From Malacoraja senta (Eukaryota), in contig JAXLNO010000573.1 of NCBI GenBank assembly GCA_038087875.1, forward strand, positions 1 through 64,000: a DNA stretch of 64,000 bases, read 5' to 3'. The translations under genes were made by a program, and so were the position numbers. Shown in pieces: positions 38,961 to 52,999 of the stretch. The notes beneath the pieces are model-generated. The model saw only the letters and a program-made list of their open reading frames with translations, was not told the DNA's origin and made no database searches. Positions within the stretch are counted from its first letter, which is position 1, and every line of letters starts with the position of its first letter.

Positions 38961-40009
38961 GAGAGATAGAAGAGATTGGATATAGATTCTATCAAGTTAA
39001 TTCTCCACCCCACGTTGCTCTCATGCATAGTTTCCTAATGGGAGCACTGAAAGACACCCTTTTTCCCCACAGAAGGAATTGAATATTTTAGTCATATCTA
39101 TTTCTAATATTCTAAAATATATTTCTTTAACTGTCCATCAAACTTCCTTTCTCCAGTGAAACGTTATGTCGGTGTTTGAAGTTTTATTTGAGGCTGTTTA
39201 GAAGGTGCATTGTACACAATGTACATGCAGGTGTGCAGAAGGTAATTCAATTAGGCCTAACTCCTACTCAAATAATGAACTGAGTTTATGTTTTGTTTTC
39301 CAAAGTGTTGACTTTCACTGGGACTCACAAACTGTGTTAATAACACCAAATTAAATTTGAACGGATGCACATGGACTGCATGAAAATACTCTTTAAAATG
39401 TCAGACACTCCGCAAATAAATTGCATTGAGATTATTGATTTTATTTTAACCAATCCTGAACATCCATAATTATTAGTGCTGGGTAGGATCTCAGCTTATA
39501 AGGATAATGCTTACCATGAATAAATAATCTTCACCACACAAATTAGATTCAATTTTAAATACACAACTCAATATTAATTTTCTCATGAAAAGCGAAAGAC
39601 ATAAATAATCTGCTAGATATTTGTTTGTCAGCAAGCATTGTCATCTAATAATCTAATAATAAAGGTTGGTTGGGCTGCACATTTAATAATTTATGAATTT
39701 GAAAGTCTACTTCTCACTACACGAGAACCTTAGGTTTTAGCTATGCTCGCTCTAATTCATGCCAAATGTCTTGCAATGGTTGCTGTGGCCTCCACTTCTC
39801 CCTAACCCCAATGTGCAGATCACATTTGCTCTTTGACTTACGCACAGTTAAGAGCTGTAAAATCCAAAGCCGAAATAGTTTTACAGCAATAATAAGAGCT
39901 ATGTATTTTCAATGTGACAGTGCTGATGGCTTACGCACATTGCCGGGAATGATATTTCAGGGGAATAAATGTGATCGACAGAGATTCTGAGCCCACTTGC
40001 ACATAGAAT

Positions 40010-40201
40010 GAAGATGGACACAAAATGCTGGAGTAACTCAGCGGGACAGGCAGCATCTCTGGAGAGAAGGAATGGGTGACGTTTAAGGTCAAGACCCTTC
40101 TTCAGACAGTCTGAAGACGGGTCTCGACCCAAACGTCATCCATTCCTTCTCTCCAGATGCTTGTCCTGCTGTTACTCCAGCACTTTGTGTCTATCTTCAG
40201 T
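40010..40201. mobile_element. Palindromic Penelope-terminal-repeat derivative with hammerhead motifs on both strands
   Basis: Arms centred ~40107; TSD TAGAAT at 40004-40009 and 40202-40207. Confidence 0.85.
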
Positions 40202-42334
40202 TAGAATCACATGCAGCAAAATTCTGGCAGCAGGCTGTTGATAGGTTTAAAATATTAAGGAAATCTTGCATATTTTATCCCTTGTAACTACGAATCCAAT
40301 GATAGAGCACCTCCTTGCTTCCCATTGTTACCAGGACAAAATATCTGGATTTAGGATAATTTATGTTGATCAGAAATGCGCTCAGAAATTATCTTTATGA
40401 TTAGGAAGCACATTAGTTGCCAGTGTCAACTGAGACAGATGGAAATAAGGAGCTCCTCCATCTGAAGGTTTTGCTTGCAATCTCCGCAGTTGCCAATGAC
40501 ATTTTTGCAACTCTTCCTTTTGCAAGTCTGCCAGTACAGATCTGGATGCCGCTTCTGAAATGAGAGACCACCTAAGGATATGCACTCCACCAACAGCTTG
40601 ATGCAATATGTCATCATAATATCATATTTGGTATGATCTGTGTGAATCTATACTGCTCCCCTTCCAAGAGCAATATATAATTCCCGAGTTTCACTACTTA
40701 AAACTGATGCCCCAAATGAAATCTAACCATGGCTGAAATGTAAGAAAACCACCACATGTTCCATATGAACCAGAAATTTGCAGAAATCTTTACTGGTGCA
40801 TGAAATTCAACATTCTGATGGTTTCAGATTACACGTATGACTTGAGATGAATGTGGATGGAATAGAAAACAGTGATGTTTTTGTGATGACTAGAGGAATA
40901 TTTCAATTGGTAGATCTACCCCTTTACATGTGCTTAACTGATACTCAAAATGCATAATTCTGAATTAGAAATAAGCATTAGCACAAATCTTATTTAGAAT
41001 AAATAATTAATAGGCACATTTCCACACCAAGTCTGCATTTTATATAATGGTAAATTGGTACAAATGTCACGAACACACATTAAGCACTACTACAAAATTC
41101 TGTTGATCTTTTTTTATTCCATATTCAATGACCCTTCAGTTTCTAGTCAGCAGTAATACTGTGTTTGAATACAGTCTTATCTATAATTGATTTGCTATAT
41201 AATATTCCTGCAGATCGCAATGTATGGGTACTAATAATCATTTGTCTGCATGTTCTATGGTTTCAGAAATTCTCTAATTTTATACAGCAATATATCATTA
41301 AAAATTTAAGAAAAGTGATTGATGCAGATGCTAGATAACTGAAACATGGTCCAATTTTTGAATGTCAATCAAAATATTGAATTGCAATAACAATGCACAT
41401 TTCATGATGCAGAATTATCAGATTCCAAAAAGCAGTTTGATTGAGATTGGACGGTCTACAATTGATTCCAACCTAACAAACAAATGAGAACAAGTTTGCA
41501 ATCAATTGAATCAAATGAACCACAAAATCAAATTGGTTGCTTAACACCCCCTTATCAGATGGATTAGGTTAAAATGACTTTACATGCTTGAATGGATTAT
41601 TGACATTTTGACAAAAATAAGTTAAACCTACAAATGTTTATAAATATCACGAGAGTAGATTTAATGAAGCCTAAATTAGATAGCGCAGGAAACTGGTATT
41701 TAAGTTTGTTTAGATTTATTATTGTCACATGTACAGAGGTACAATGAAAAGCTTTGTTTTCCATGCTATTTGATCAAGTCAGATACAATCTAACCAAATT
41801 CACGTACAATGGAATCCTAAGAAGGGTCTCAAGCTGAAATGTCACCTATCCTTGTCTCCAGAGATCTGCATGACCTGCTGAGTCACTCCAGCATTTTGTG
41901 TCCTTTTGTGTATCTGCCATTCTTTGCTTGTACATCAAGTACAATAGGAATTGCAAAGCAGCTTGAAGCTACACCTACTGTATCTAACCTCATACCATTT
42001 AAAAAACCGTGCACGGATACTGACCTTCAAACAGAACCAATGGCTCTAATTTTATAAGAAGCCAGTTCAAGCAAGTTAGCATCAATTAATACCAGCCTAT
42101 TTCATTTATAGTAGTGATGGTAGTATCTCGAAATCAGCAGCCCATCTCACAACTAAATATGAGCCTAAAGACGTGAGTACTTGTCAGCTGCAGCAGTTAT
42201 CTGGGAGAAATTGAGAGTGATTGCTTAAGATCACTGTTGTGGCAGAAGCTGAAGGCAGAGAATGTAAACTCACCAAAGTTCAGCTGAAGGAAGTTTTAGT
42301 TCTTCTTGTAGTCTGACAATGTAGAGAGTTGAAG

Positions 42335-42805
42335 ATACATAGATACATAGACAATAGGTGCAGGAGTAGGCCATTCGGCCCTCAAGCCACCATCGCCATT
42401 CAATGTGATCATGGCTGATCATCCACATCAGTACCCCGTTCCTGCCTTTTCCCCATACCCCTTAATTCCGCTAGCCCTTAGAGCTCTATCTAATTATCTT
42501 TTGAATGCATCCAGTGAACCGGCCTCTGCTGCCTTCTGAGGCAGAGAATTCCACAAATTCACAACTCTCTGTGTGAAAAATATTTCCCTCATCTCAGGCC
42601 TACCCCTTATTCTTAAACTGTGGCCCCTGGTTCTGGACTGCCCCAACATCGGGAACATGTTTCCTGCATCTACTGTGTCCAATCCCTTAACAATTTTATA
42701 TATTTCTATAAGATCCCCTCTCATCCTTCTACATTCCAGTGAATACAAGCCCAGTCGCTCCATTCTTTCATCATATGACAGTCCCGCCATCCTGGGAATT
42801 AACCT
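42335..42805 (-). mobile_element. CR1 LINE 3' fragment
   Basis: RLIPRMAGLSYDERMERLGLYSLE, FFTQRVVNLWNSLP; short-repeat tail. Confidence 0.88.
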
Positions 42806-43089
42806 CGAAGATGGAGAACAAGCAAAGGTCATGGAATAAATCTCAGAGATAGTTAGAAAAAAAATGAGACCATCTCAAATGATGAACTGGGTATAACTGA
42901 ACAGCAACACCACACAAGGAAACACAGAAAAGGCTCCAAATGTGCAACAGGTCTTTAGGCGAATAAATACGATTAACATTTCAAAATAGGTTCCAATAAA
43001 ATCTCATTAACTTGAAACAGTAATTACTTTATTTTAATTTCAATGTTTATTTTGTAACCTTTTTTGTTCCATGTTTTCCTGATAACATA

Positions 43090-43584
43090 GTATTTTCTTT
43101 CACATTCTTGGATGCTTATGGTGCAGGAGGTAATATTTTAGTGCAGGTCGAAAATTGGCTGGTTAAACAGGAAGCAAAGAGAGTGGTTTATTTCTGATTG
43201 GTAATAGGTGGTGTGTTATGGCGATCAGTGCTCAGATCTCAACATATTATTATTTACGAAAATCACTTGGATGAAGGCAAAGAAGATGCGTTTGTTAAAT
43301 TCACTGATGACACCAAGACACACAAGACAGTGTGGTGTGAAGAGGACATGAAGTGTACATGAAGGGATATTTATAGGTGAATGACATGGACTATGACCTG
43401 ACCATTGGTGTATAACATGGAAAAATATTAAATTGTCTATTTTGGTAGGAAAAACAGATGAGATTAGATTGATTAGAGATGTATAGGGATGCGTATTCTA
43501 GTGCGTGATTTGCAACGAGCTGGTATGTAGATACGGCGCGTAATTAAAAACACTAACAGAATGTTATATTTTATTGATGGAGGA
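43090..43584 (+). mobile_element. Old degenerate CR1 RT fragment
   Basis: Remnants resembling 'KF(A)DDTK' (AAATTCACTGATGACACCAAG) and 'NWL..RKQRV'. Confidence 0.55.
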
Positions 43585-44044
43585 AACATAGAAACACAGA
43601 AAATAGGTGCAGGAGTAGGCCATTCGGCCCTTCGAGCCAGCACCGCCATTCAATATGATCATGGCTGATCATCCAAAATCAGCACCCCGTACCGGCTTTT
43701 TCCCCATATCCCATGATTCCCTTAACCCTAAGAGCTAAATCTAACTCTCTCTTGAAAACATCCAGTAAATTGGCCTCCGCTGCCTTCTGTGGCAGAGAAT
43801 TCTACAGATTCACAACTCTCTGGGTGAAATTTGTTTTCCTCATCTCAGTCCTAAATGGCCTAACCCTATTCTTAAACTTTGACCCCTGGTTCTGGACTCC
43901 CCAACATCGAGAACATTTTCCCTGCATCTACCCAGTCCAATCCTCTAAGAATTTTATATGTAGAAACATATACAATTCTATAAGATTCCTTCTAATCCTA
44001 AATTCCAGCGAATACAAGCCCAGTTGACACATTCTTTCATCATA
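43585..44044 (-). mobile_element. CR1 LINE 3' fragment
   Basis: Homologous to 42335-42805; (GAAACATA)-type tail on the plus strand. Confidence 0.85.
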
Positions 44045-44092
44045 TTTTGACCCTTTCCTGCACTCCAGCCGCCCATGGGAGACGACCGTTGA

Positions 44093-47000
44093 TTTTACTT
44101 CGGAGTCACGTGAGTGACTACGTGAAGGCCGTCTAGGCGCATGCGCGTCATTACGCCTACCGCATTGCGCAACATCGGACTGGCAGGCGCGCTGCTCCTG
44201 CCAGTGGTAAGTTTAAACCTCAAGGTAAGTTTTAAACTTATTCTCAGGTTATGTTTTCTTTTGCAGGATTCTCTGCTACCGAGTTTTCCTGCTGAATTTC
44301 GGGGCGAAGTCCGGATGGGCCGTGGGGGAACCTTTATGGACCGCGGGGAACCCCAGTCATGGACCACAGGGAATCCCGGTCATGACCTTGGTGGAATCCC
44401 GGAAACAGACCACGGGGAACCCGCTACGGAGACCGCGGAAGTGTGGGTAGCGGGCGGCCGTCAAATTCGCCTTCCGAGTCGCTGGCGGGGGAGCCAGCGG
44501 CTTCAGACTGGTGCCGGTAGCACCTAGGCAACCCCACTTGGAGGGTAGCCAAGAAATTATATCTCCCTCTCTGAGGAGGGGAGCGTAGGGAAGAGGCCCA
44601 TTGACTCAAACGAGTCGGGCCAGGAGGATTCCTGATGGACAGGATCCCTTCCTTTCATGGGTAATGTCTTTGAACGTTCAAACCCACATGGAGCACCTGA
44701 TGGAGAGGTGCTCCACAATGATATACTCCAAAGGAGGGAGTTATCACCGCGGGTCTCCTCGGGGGCAACGGCACCTGTTACAAGGCTGCACAGTGTCTCC
44801 CTTTCTGAGGAGGGGAGCATTTGGGGTCAGTTCCTGTCTGACACAGAGCAAAAATCCTGATATAGGTCCGTAGGAGGGGCCATGTCTTCGCAGGTATCCT
44901 CAGGGGCCTGCGGCAGCACCTGTTTTCAGGGCTGCCTACGAATCTCCCTCTCTGTGGAGGGGAGTGCGAGGAAATACTCGCAAGCGAAGGGGTTACTGAC
45001 AGATAAATTGGTTCCAGCCGTTGGCAGAATACCCGGAAGGGGCCAGAGTTCCCCTCACGCTACAAGTGCCAGCTGTGAACAGCGCTACCAGGGGTGACAT
45101 TGGAGGATATGAAACCAGCTGCCGAATCTTCTCTTCAGATAAGACTTATCCAACAGGTATACCTGGATGAGGAAGCAAAAGCTGTCGGCCTAATCAAAGT
45201 ACCAACGACGAATCAAGGACGGGAATAGAACCCACATCAGGGGCCGTTGGGCTTACCATAGACCACCGGTAACTATGGAGGTAGGTGGGTCTGGTTCTTC
45301 CGAAACATGAGGTAGTGGACCATCTACAAGTTGGTAATATTTACAATTGTTTTGTACAAATGACAATGATAACATGAGATTCAGATCAGTTATATACTAA
45401 AATGATAACATGAGATTGGGTTATTATTGCACAGTATACTAGGGTACCAAGCTTGGCTTGGAATTGGGGCCAGAGTTGTCTTTCGAGGCAGGATCAGTAT
45501 TATGGCCAGGATTGCTTTCCGGAACAAGATCGGAAATATGGCCAGAGTTGTCTTTCGAGGTAGGCTCAGAATTATGGCGGGAGTAGCCTTTCAAGGCAGA
45601 CCCAGTATTATGGCCAGAGTTGTCTTTCGAGGCAGGCTCAGTATTATGGCCAGGATCACCTTTCGAGACAGGCTCGGGAATCTGGCCAGAGTTGTCATTC
45701 AAGTCAGGCACGAAATTATGGCAGGCGTGGCCTGTTCATTGTGAAAGATGGAGGATATCGGTTTAAAATTGATTTAACTAGCATGTGCAACACAGATTTT
45801 TCAGTATATGGAACTTCGTTACTGTCTAACAAAATGATTTCAAAGTTGAATACTATTCAGGTCCCATTCACAGTGATCCCAGGAGACATTTGGAATTTAT
45901 CTGGATGGGGCAATTATAACAGTTAATGCGTTGCAAATGGGCTAACTTCAGCTCACAGGTCATCTACCAAATTACTAAACTGGGACTGCTCAGAGCTCAA
46001 AAATCCCTTGTTATGGCTTAACTGGACAACAAAAAACGCTGTGTTTTGCTAAAATCAACTGATTCAGCCGCAACTATATTTGAGAAATTGAGGTTCCTCC
46101 AGTTAAATTTTAAGCTGATACCAACTACAGTTATTGATTATTCGGTTTTACCTTTAACTATTAATTATCTGTGAATCCGCCCTGGGGAAAGAGATTGTAA
46201 TCAATAGAAGCCTGTAACAACCTTGTTATCAAGCAGTCTTCGATTCATCAAGTGTAATTGGCAATATAGCAGCTGTGTTTCAGCTGTGCAATTGGGTCTT
46301 TGCTTTATCTGAACTTTCAACGTGCAAAGTAGTAACCTCTCAAGTGCCATATAGGTCATTGTTAACGGATCTATGCTTTTACCAGCTGAAGCCACCAAAG
46401 TCACAATGGTGGACAAACAATATTCAGCATTGCTCCAGTAGTTTTGGTCAATAAATCTTCAGTTATTACAGACTGATGCTAGTGCTCTAAGATGGGAAAT
46501 TACGAATGCCATCTCTAGTTACGGATGCCAATGGGATTTGCGTGAATTACCAATTCTTCAGTTATTGGTATCAACTACCTATAGACACTAGGTGCATACT
46601 ATGGGTTATAGGGTTATTGTGCGGATATGCATGCTCAGTTCCAGCTTGATACACAGTGGTGGTGGCATATGTTGGTCACATGGGTGCAATCAAGCCAAAG
46701 TATCCTGTCATAATTTACCCAACCTTATTTGGTACTGGTGTATCATCACGTAAAATCAATGACAACACAGAATGGATGTTGGATCACAAAGTATTTTATG
46801 ACATTATGGCTCGATGGAACACCGAATATCGATATGTTTGCATCCAGGCTCATTCACCAGTTGTAAAGACATGTGGCATCACAGTGGCGAGAGATACATT
46901 CTCGCTACACGGGGGAGGAATGTTCTTTTATGTCGTTGCTCCATTTTGCCTCATCAGTCGGGTCTTGCAATAAATTCAGCAAGATCCCGCTTCAGGGTTT

Positions 47001-48645
47001 TTTCGTACTGTCTGACTGGCCTATATAGCCATGGTTTCCTGCATATGTGGGGAATTATAGTAGAACCTTATATGGGTTTTCTAAACATAAAACTTTGCTG
47101 GTTCAGCCTGGGACTCGGGGAACCAGCCTCTGCATGATTAATCAATTCATTGCCTTACAGAATCTGAGAAAGCTCCTGCGGCTCGGGGTATCAGACCGAT
47201 CCATGTGTGTGCTCACTGCAGAGTGCAGGGATAGCACCAAAAAAGCAGTACATTTCCTCTTCAGGAGATGGGAAGTGTTCTGTTTAAATGCTATGTTACA
47301 TATAATACGGCACGGACACTGACGTCTTAGAGTTCATTTTCAATGGGCCCTTGACAATAAATTAAGTTATAGTCCCATTAACTGTGCCCAATGTGCTTTC
47401 TCATCATATTTGCTGCAGCGAGCGGGACCCGCTCTGTCTAGTCTCGCCCTCTGATATCCAGTTTATTAAGGATATCTTTACACAAGTTCTCCCAGACCCA
47501 AGTACACGGAAGTATGGGATATTGACATTGTGTTAACACTACTTCACCAGGGGGCTCCAGCTATACCCCTATCTTTGGCTCGGCTCTCATAGGTAGTTAT
47601 CCCCTTGGCTCTGTTCCCAGCGCAACGGGTCCAGTCATTACATAAATTGCGACTGGACAGGATGGTTATACCTGCTAATAATATAATATTTCATGTTTAC
47701 GATTTAGTTAAGCAGGGCAGCCCAGTGGTGTCCGGTCTCACACTAGTTCTCATGGCATACCCCATGCACCTTCGGTTATGTGTGGTCACACATTTACAAG
47801 ATTACGTCAAGGTCACCTAGAGCCTTAGAGGCTCTCATACTACCTATGTAGTTAGTTACTAAAAACCTCATAAGAAGGTATCAGTTCAGACCACCTCCAG
47901 GTGGTTAAAACAGGGTTCTGGCTTATACAGGAGTATATACTAATTTTCTAATCTCACTCCACCAGGGCTGCTACTACATCAGCAGCAAGGGTTATGTACG
48001 GTCCTCTGGACCACATCCTGCCGACTGCAGGATGGTCTAATGAACGAGTTTTCCAAACATGTTATTTTAACCCATTGCCAGACCAGGGGTATTTCCCAAC
48101 TCTATTTTAGGTTCTATTTTATAGTTCCCCCCCCCCCCCGGATGAGAGGGGTTATTATTATTATTATTTGTTCATTTATCAGCATCAGCATGTTTTAAAT
48201 CTATGTCATGTCTGTATGCATTATTAATGTTTTCCCTTATCTGTGGTACTGATGCAGTCGTGCTTGTGTGGACTTGTTTTTCCACGGCATGAAATCACAG
48301 AGCTTCAAAATCTTCACGTAGTCACTCACGTGACTCCAAAGTAAAATAGTAAGATTAAACGAGAACTTACCAGTTTGAAGTTTGATCTTTATTTTATGAG
48401 GAGTTACAATGAGCGATTACGTGCCCTCTGCTCCCAACCGTCATATCATAAAGATCATCTGGTAGTTCTAGTCGTCTCTAATCTTACTATGTTAGTTCAA
48501 CTACTGTTATCTGTGATTTCACACTGCTGCTTTGAAGATTGACGCGCATGCGCCTGGACAGCCTTCACGTAATCGCTCATTGTAACTCCTCATAAAATAA
48601 AGATCAAACTTCAAACTGGTAAGTTCTCGTTTAATCTTACTATTT
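44093..48645 (+). mobile_element. DIRS1-type element, copy D (uninterrupted, coding-dead)
   Basis: Both termini and ICR 48312-48423 intact. RT remnant KDGGYRFKIDL (~45744), RNase H LQTDASAL (~46466), MT-like PFCLISRVLQ, YR ALFPAQRVQSL, HSTRAATTSAA (~47955), AGWSNE. Confidence 0.92.
45468..45725. repeat. 36 bp minisatellite, 7+ copies, inside DIRS copy D
   Basis: GGCCAGAGTTGTCTTTCGAGGCAGGCTCAGTATTAT units at 45468, 45504, 45540, 45576, 45612, 45648 and 45684. Confidence 0.92.
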
Positions 48646-51600
48646 TCACCGGCAATTTTGACATCTCTCCCAGCCGCCAGCAGGCATGGGCCGTCAACCC
48701 AGCTGGATTCCATGCTCAGTTCTGTATAAAGAGTTTGAAGATGGGTCCCGACCCGAAACATCGCCTATCCATGTTCTCCAGAGTTGCTGTCAAACCCGCT
48801 GAGTTACTCCAGCACTTTGTGTCCTTTTGTGTAATAACCAGCACCTGCAGTTGTTTGTTTCTCCTACTTAGAGAATGATAATACCTTACTCGGTTATAGT
48901 GGACAATTGGCAATAACGGACACCATTTCCCCCCTCATGTTAGTTATAACAAGGGTTTACTGTAATGGACCAGGCGTGAAGGACTGTTTACTTTCTGCTT
49001 CTCTTTTGTACATGGGGTGGGAGTTTGAAACTCTGGTAAGTCTAGCTTTGCTTCTTAGAAGTATTGTCAACAAAATTAAAGGATGGAAAAGAACCATTGT
49101 TGAGGTGAGGGGTTCTCTAACAATGCCTGCTATGATGGGAAATAAGTTGTGTAGCCAATAATTTAGTGGGAACAGAGACCCGGGAGAGCCAAGAGTGTTT
49201 AATTGTCACATTCCTAAAACGGAAAAAAGAAATTCTTATTTGCTGCAATTTTACATATAGCACAACAAATATACAATAATCAATAATACAGTAAAATCGT
49301 AATCAATAATCCCAGGTAACCAGGCTGCAGATGCTGGAATCTGGTTGACTTGATTAAGGAAATGGGGATATAAATATGAAAATGTAAAACAAAATTCCTT
49401 TAATTCTAAATATAAAATAGCAACCGCCATTAAAACTCAAGTGAAATTAAATAGCACACATTGCTGTAAATGTTCAGTTCCAGAAAGGTTCAATAGAAGT
49501 AATTAACACTTAACACATGGTTAAAAGAATTCTTTGACAGTTAATCTCAGTTTAATTAATTATGCTCAGTTTTTAAGTGACTACAAAACAAGCTCCTTCA
49601 GTCACTTCAGACCACACGAATTTTCCACAGAGAGTTTAATTCCTATCTGCAGCACAAATCCAAGAACTTTATGCATTCCAAAAATAAAATTACTGCTGAT
49701 GCTAGAAATAGTCGCAGGAGAGAAATACACTAAGGTGCTGTTTTATAATGGTAAACAAGTATATTTCAGGCAGCTACTTTTTATTGTTCATTTATGTAAT
49801 TGCACATTGTTTACTTCACCCAAGTCACTGTGGCATTTAGCTCCATTCCCTCTTCTATTATTTTGACAGACAATTATGGATCTTAAAACATTTTCTTTCA
49901 CTGTATTTAATATCAATGTTACATTTTCATTTATTTTCTTTTTTTGCTAATGCATCCAATTTTTTATTTTATTTCCTTGCTTCTCTGGTCTCAATATGCT
50001 CTGAGTTTCATCGTATTCAATACTTGAAAGACTGTGAAAGGCAATGTCAAAGTTTCCAGTGGGTGAAATTCATGCACTATTTTTACACAATGTGTTAACT
50101 TAGTCATTTTAAATGAGTTAACACCTGTCTAAAAATGTGACTCACGGGAATGTGGTGCAAAAGTGATAAATGCTCCAAATGAACCTTAGTACCTTCGTAA
50201 TCATGAATTCCACCCATTGCTGTACATGTGTCTGGGGATAGATCGAAAAGAGATAGAAGTGGCAAAACAAGTCTGCACCTCAGCCTTGTGCTGTTCTGCC
50301 TACTTATACCATAGCATGCACTGTTCCACCCTGAGGAGTGATCACTGGTCCATTTGTCTAAATTAAATATAATTGTTCTAGATTTTCTTCTCATGTGAAC
50401 CCATTATGAAGTTGTTACTGTTGATTTACACTGTTTGGCTCAGCCAGGATGAAACCAAAAAGAATCTTCTGTGAATTAAACTGATATTCTTACAATGCAA
50501 AGGGTAATCAAATTGTGCTGTGCTGAGCTGGGCTTTACAATCAATTATCTTTCATTAAGTGTCACACTGCCCTTATTGTGAAAAGAGCAATTGCTAGTGG
50601 CTTACTTTGTTGCTGATCACAGTTTGCCGTGACCTCAAAATGCTGCTAAATTATGGAAAAATTCATCATTACCAAATTCTCATATTTCCAGCTGTGAGTT
50701 TTGCAGAACATTGTAAATTGAATGAAAGTGAAAATCAATCCTGTTTAAGGGGAAATACTTCAGACCGGAGAAACCACCAAGGGACACAATTCTATAGACT
50801 GTCACAGATGTAATGTCACTGCATAAGTGATTGTTAATGTTAACAAGTATACATTAATGACTCCTAAAAGCATTCCACTTTGCTTATTCCATCAGCGAAA
50901 GTGCATTAAATTACAGCTTTCAGTATGACGTACCTATTATTCATGAATTCACATGCTGATACAGTAATCATATATTTCCATGAACACTTTCTCCAACACA
51001 TATATAATGCATTACAAGATGATTACATGATGTACTTCATTTTACGTGTAGGTAGCGCACTGTAACAGATGGTGACCTAGCAGAGCTATTGTTCCAATAG
51101 CATCACTGACTTTTTTAATAATTTAATATCATGAACAACTCGGCAAGAGTGAGCCAGTGACAGAGAATGCATTGAATTTAGTCCTTACTGTTCAAAATAA
51201 AAATCTAATATGGGATGTAGACCAGAGACAAAAATAATTTAAATATTAATCTGGGGTTTATGGAAATCTGCACACACACGTGAAAGATCAACTTCCTTAA
51301 TAATTGATTGAGTATTTAGTTTAGAGATTATTAATTAATTTAAGTGATAAAAATGGATTGTTATTTTAATGATTCCTATAAATTAACAATCGTTTTTAGA
51401 AACATAAGCAAAAAATATAAAATTATGTTTATTTTTTATTTCTGTGTAACATCTGGGAGTGATTGATCACTGTCACTCAGCATTAAGTGCCAACAGAACT
51501 CAGTCACTTGCATTGTCACACTCCTGTGCAGAAATATTTCTAATTTTAATTTTTGTTATTCATATTTATATTTAGAAAATATATATTAATGTTTTCCAGG

Positions 51601-51714
51601 CATGAATTAGTTTTGAAAAAAATCTTACAATTGAAAATTCTACCAGGATAGCATGATTGAAAATGTCCTGCTTCTCATGCATTTATGACAAAGAATATCT
51701 GCCCCTCAAGAGTC

Positions 51715-51990
51715 CTTGAGCTATACAGCAGAGAAACAGGCCCTTCTGCCTATTTTGTCCATGCTGATCAAGTTGGCATATTGGGCTAGTCCCACTTACC
51801 TGCATTTGGCCCATATCCTATCCATAAAGCTGTCCAAATGTCTTTCAAAAGTCGTAGTTGTATCCACTTCTATAGGTTCCCCAGGCAGCTCATTCCAGAT
51901 ACAGACTACCCTCTGAGTTAAAAAGTTGTCCCCGAGATCCTTCAAAAATGTCTCCCCTTTGGCCTTAAGTCTATATTCTCTGGTATTGAA
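51715..51990 (-). mobile_element. Old CR1 3' fragment
   Basis: FLTQRVVCIWNELP peptide in minus ORF 51796..52017. Confidence 0.7.
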
Positions 51991-52439
51991 CACTTTTATA
52001 AAATTAAAATATAACACTTTAAAATGTGATTTAGATTCAGAATTTCTTGTGCAATGGAGGAATCATTGGCATTTGGACTAAATGGATTCCAATGTGGACG
52101 ATGAGTTTGACTTTTCCGATGGCTAATCAGACAGGACAAAATCATCAATTTAAATATTTTCAAAGGTAATATTTAGTCTCATGTTAAATTATTGAGTTAA
52201 TCTTTGCAACGAAAGGAAGGGAGCGAAATATTTCGAACTCAGATTATCATCTTCAAATGTAACAATTATATGTAAATATGTGGGACATCACTGCGTAGCA
52301 TAATTGATAATTTGTATTTTGATGTGTGAACAAACCAGGCACATCTTTTAGAGATTTCTGAGTTTCTAGTGTATTTGTCTGACATTTATACGTCAAAAGA
52401 CCGGTGACTAGGAACCGTATGTTTTCCCTGTCTTTTCTT

Positions 52440-52780
52440 GGGGCGGCATGGTGGTGCAGTGGTAGAGTTGCTGCCTTACAGCACTTGTAGCGCCAGAGAC
52501 CTGGGTTCGATCCCGACTATGGGTGCTATCCTTATGGAGCTTTACGTTCTTCCCGTGACCCGCGTGGGTTTTTCTCCGAGATCTTCGGTTTCCTCCCACA
52601 CTCCAAAGACATACAGATTTGTAGGTTAATTGGCTTGGTATAAGTGTAAATTGTCCCTAGTGTGTGTAGGATAGTGTTAATGTGTGGGGATCGCTGGTCT
52701 GTGCGGACTCGGTGGGCCGAAGGGCCTGTTTCCCCGCTGTATTTCTAAACTAAACTAAACTAAACTAAACTAAACCAAAC
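52440..52780 (+). mobile_element. Full-length HE1-like tRNA-derived SINE
   Basis: A-box TGGTGCAGTGG, B-box GGTTCGATCCC, V-domain-like core, (TAAAC)n tail. Confidence 0.88.
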
Positions 52781-52999
52781 CCAAAGGCTCAGCACCAATG
52801 ACGAAGGAAAGTTGGCAACAAACTGAAGCTGTTTGAAGTAACAAAGTTTACCAATCCAACAACTGACTTTGTACGCTTGGTGAAAAGGTGAGTCTTATAA
52901 TGCAAAGTGACAGTAAATTGAACATGCAGAACATCCCATTGTAATGGGACTTGACTTCAGCACAGAAATAAATATGCATGCTGATTGTCAATGCAAAAG

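Noticed and set aside
45468..45725. 36 bp periodic array resembling CRISPR repeat length
   Set aside because: Head-to-tail units without unique spacers, no cas genes, eukaryotic context.
52440..52520. tRNA-like sequence (also ~2400-2460)
   Set aside because: These are SINE heads continuing into SINE body and tail, not tRNA genes.
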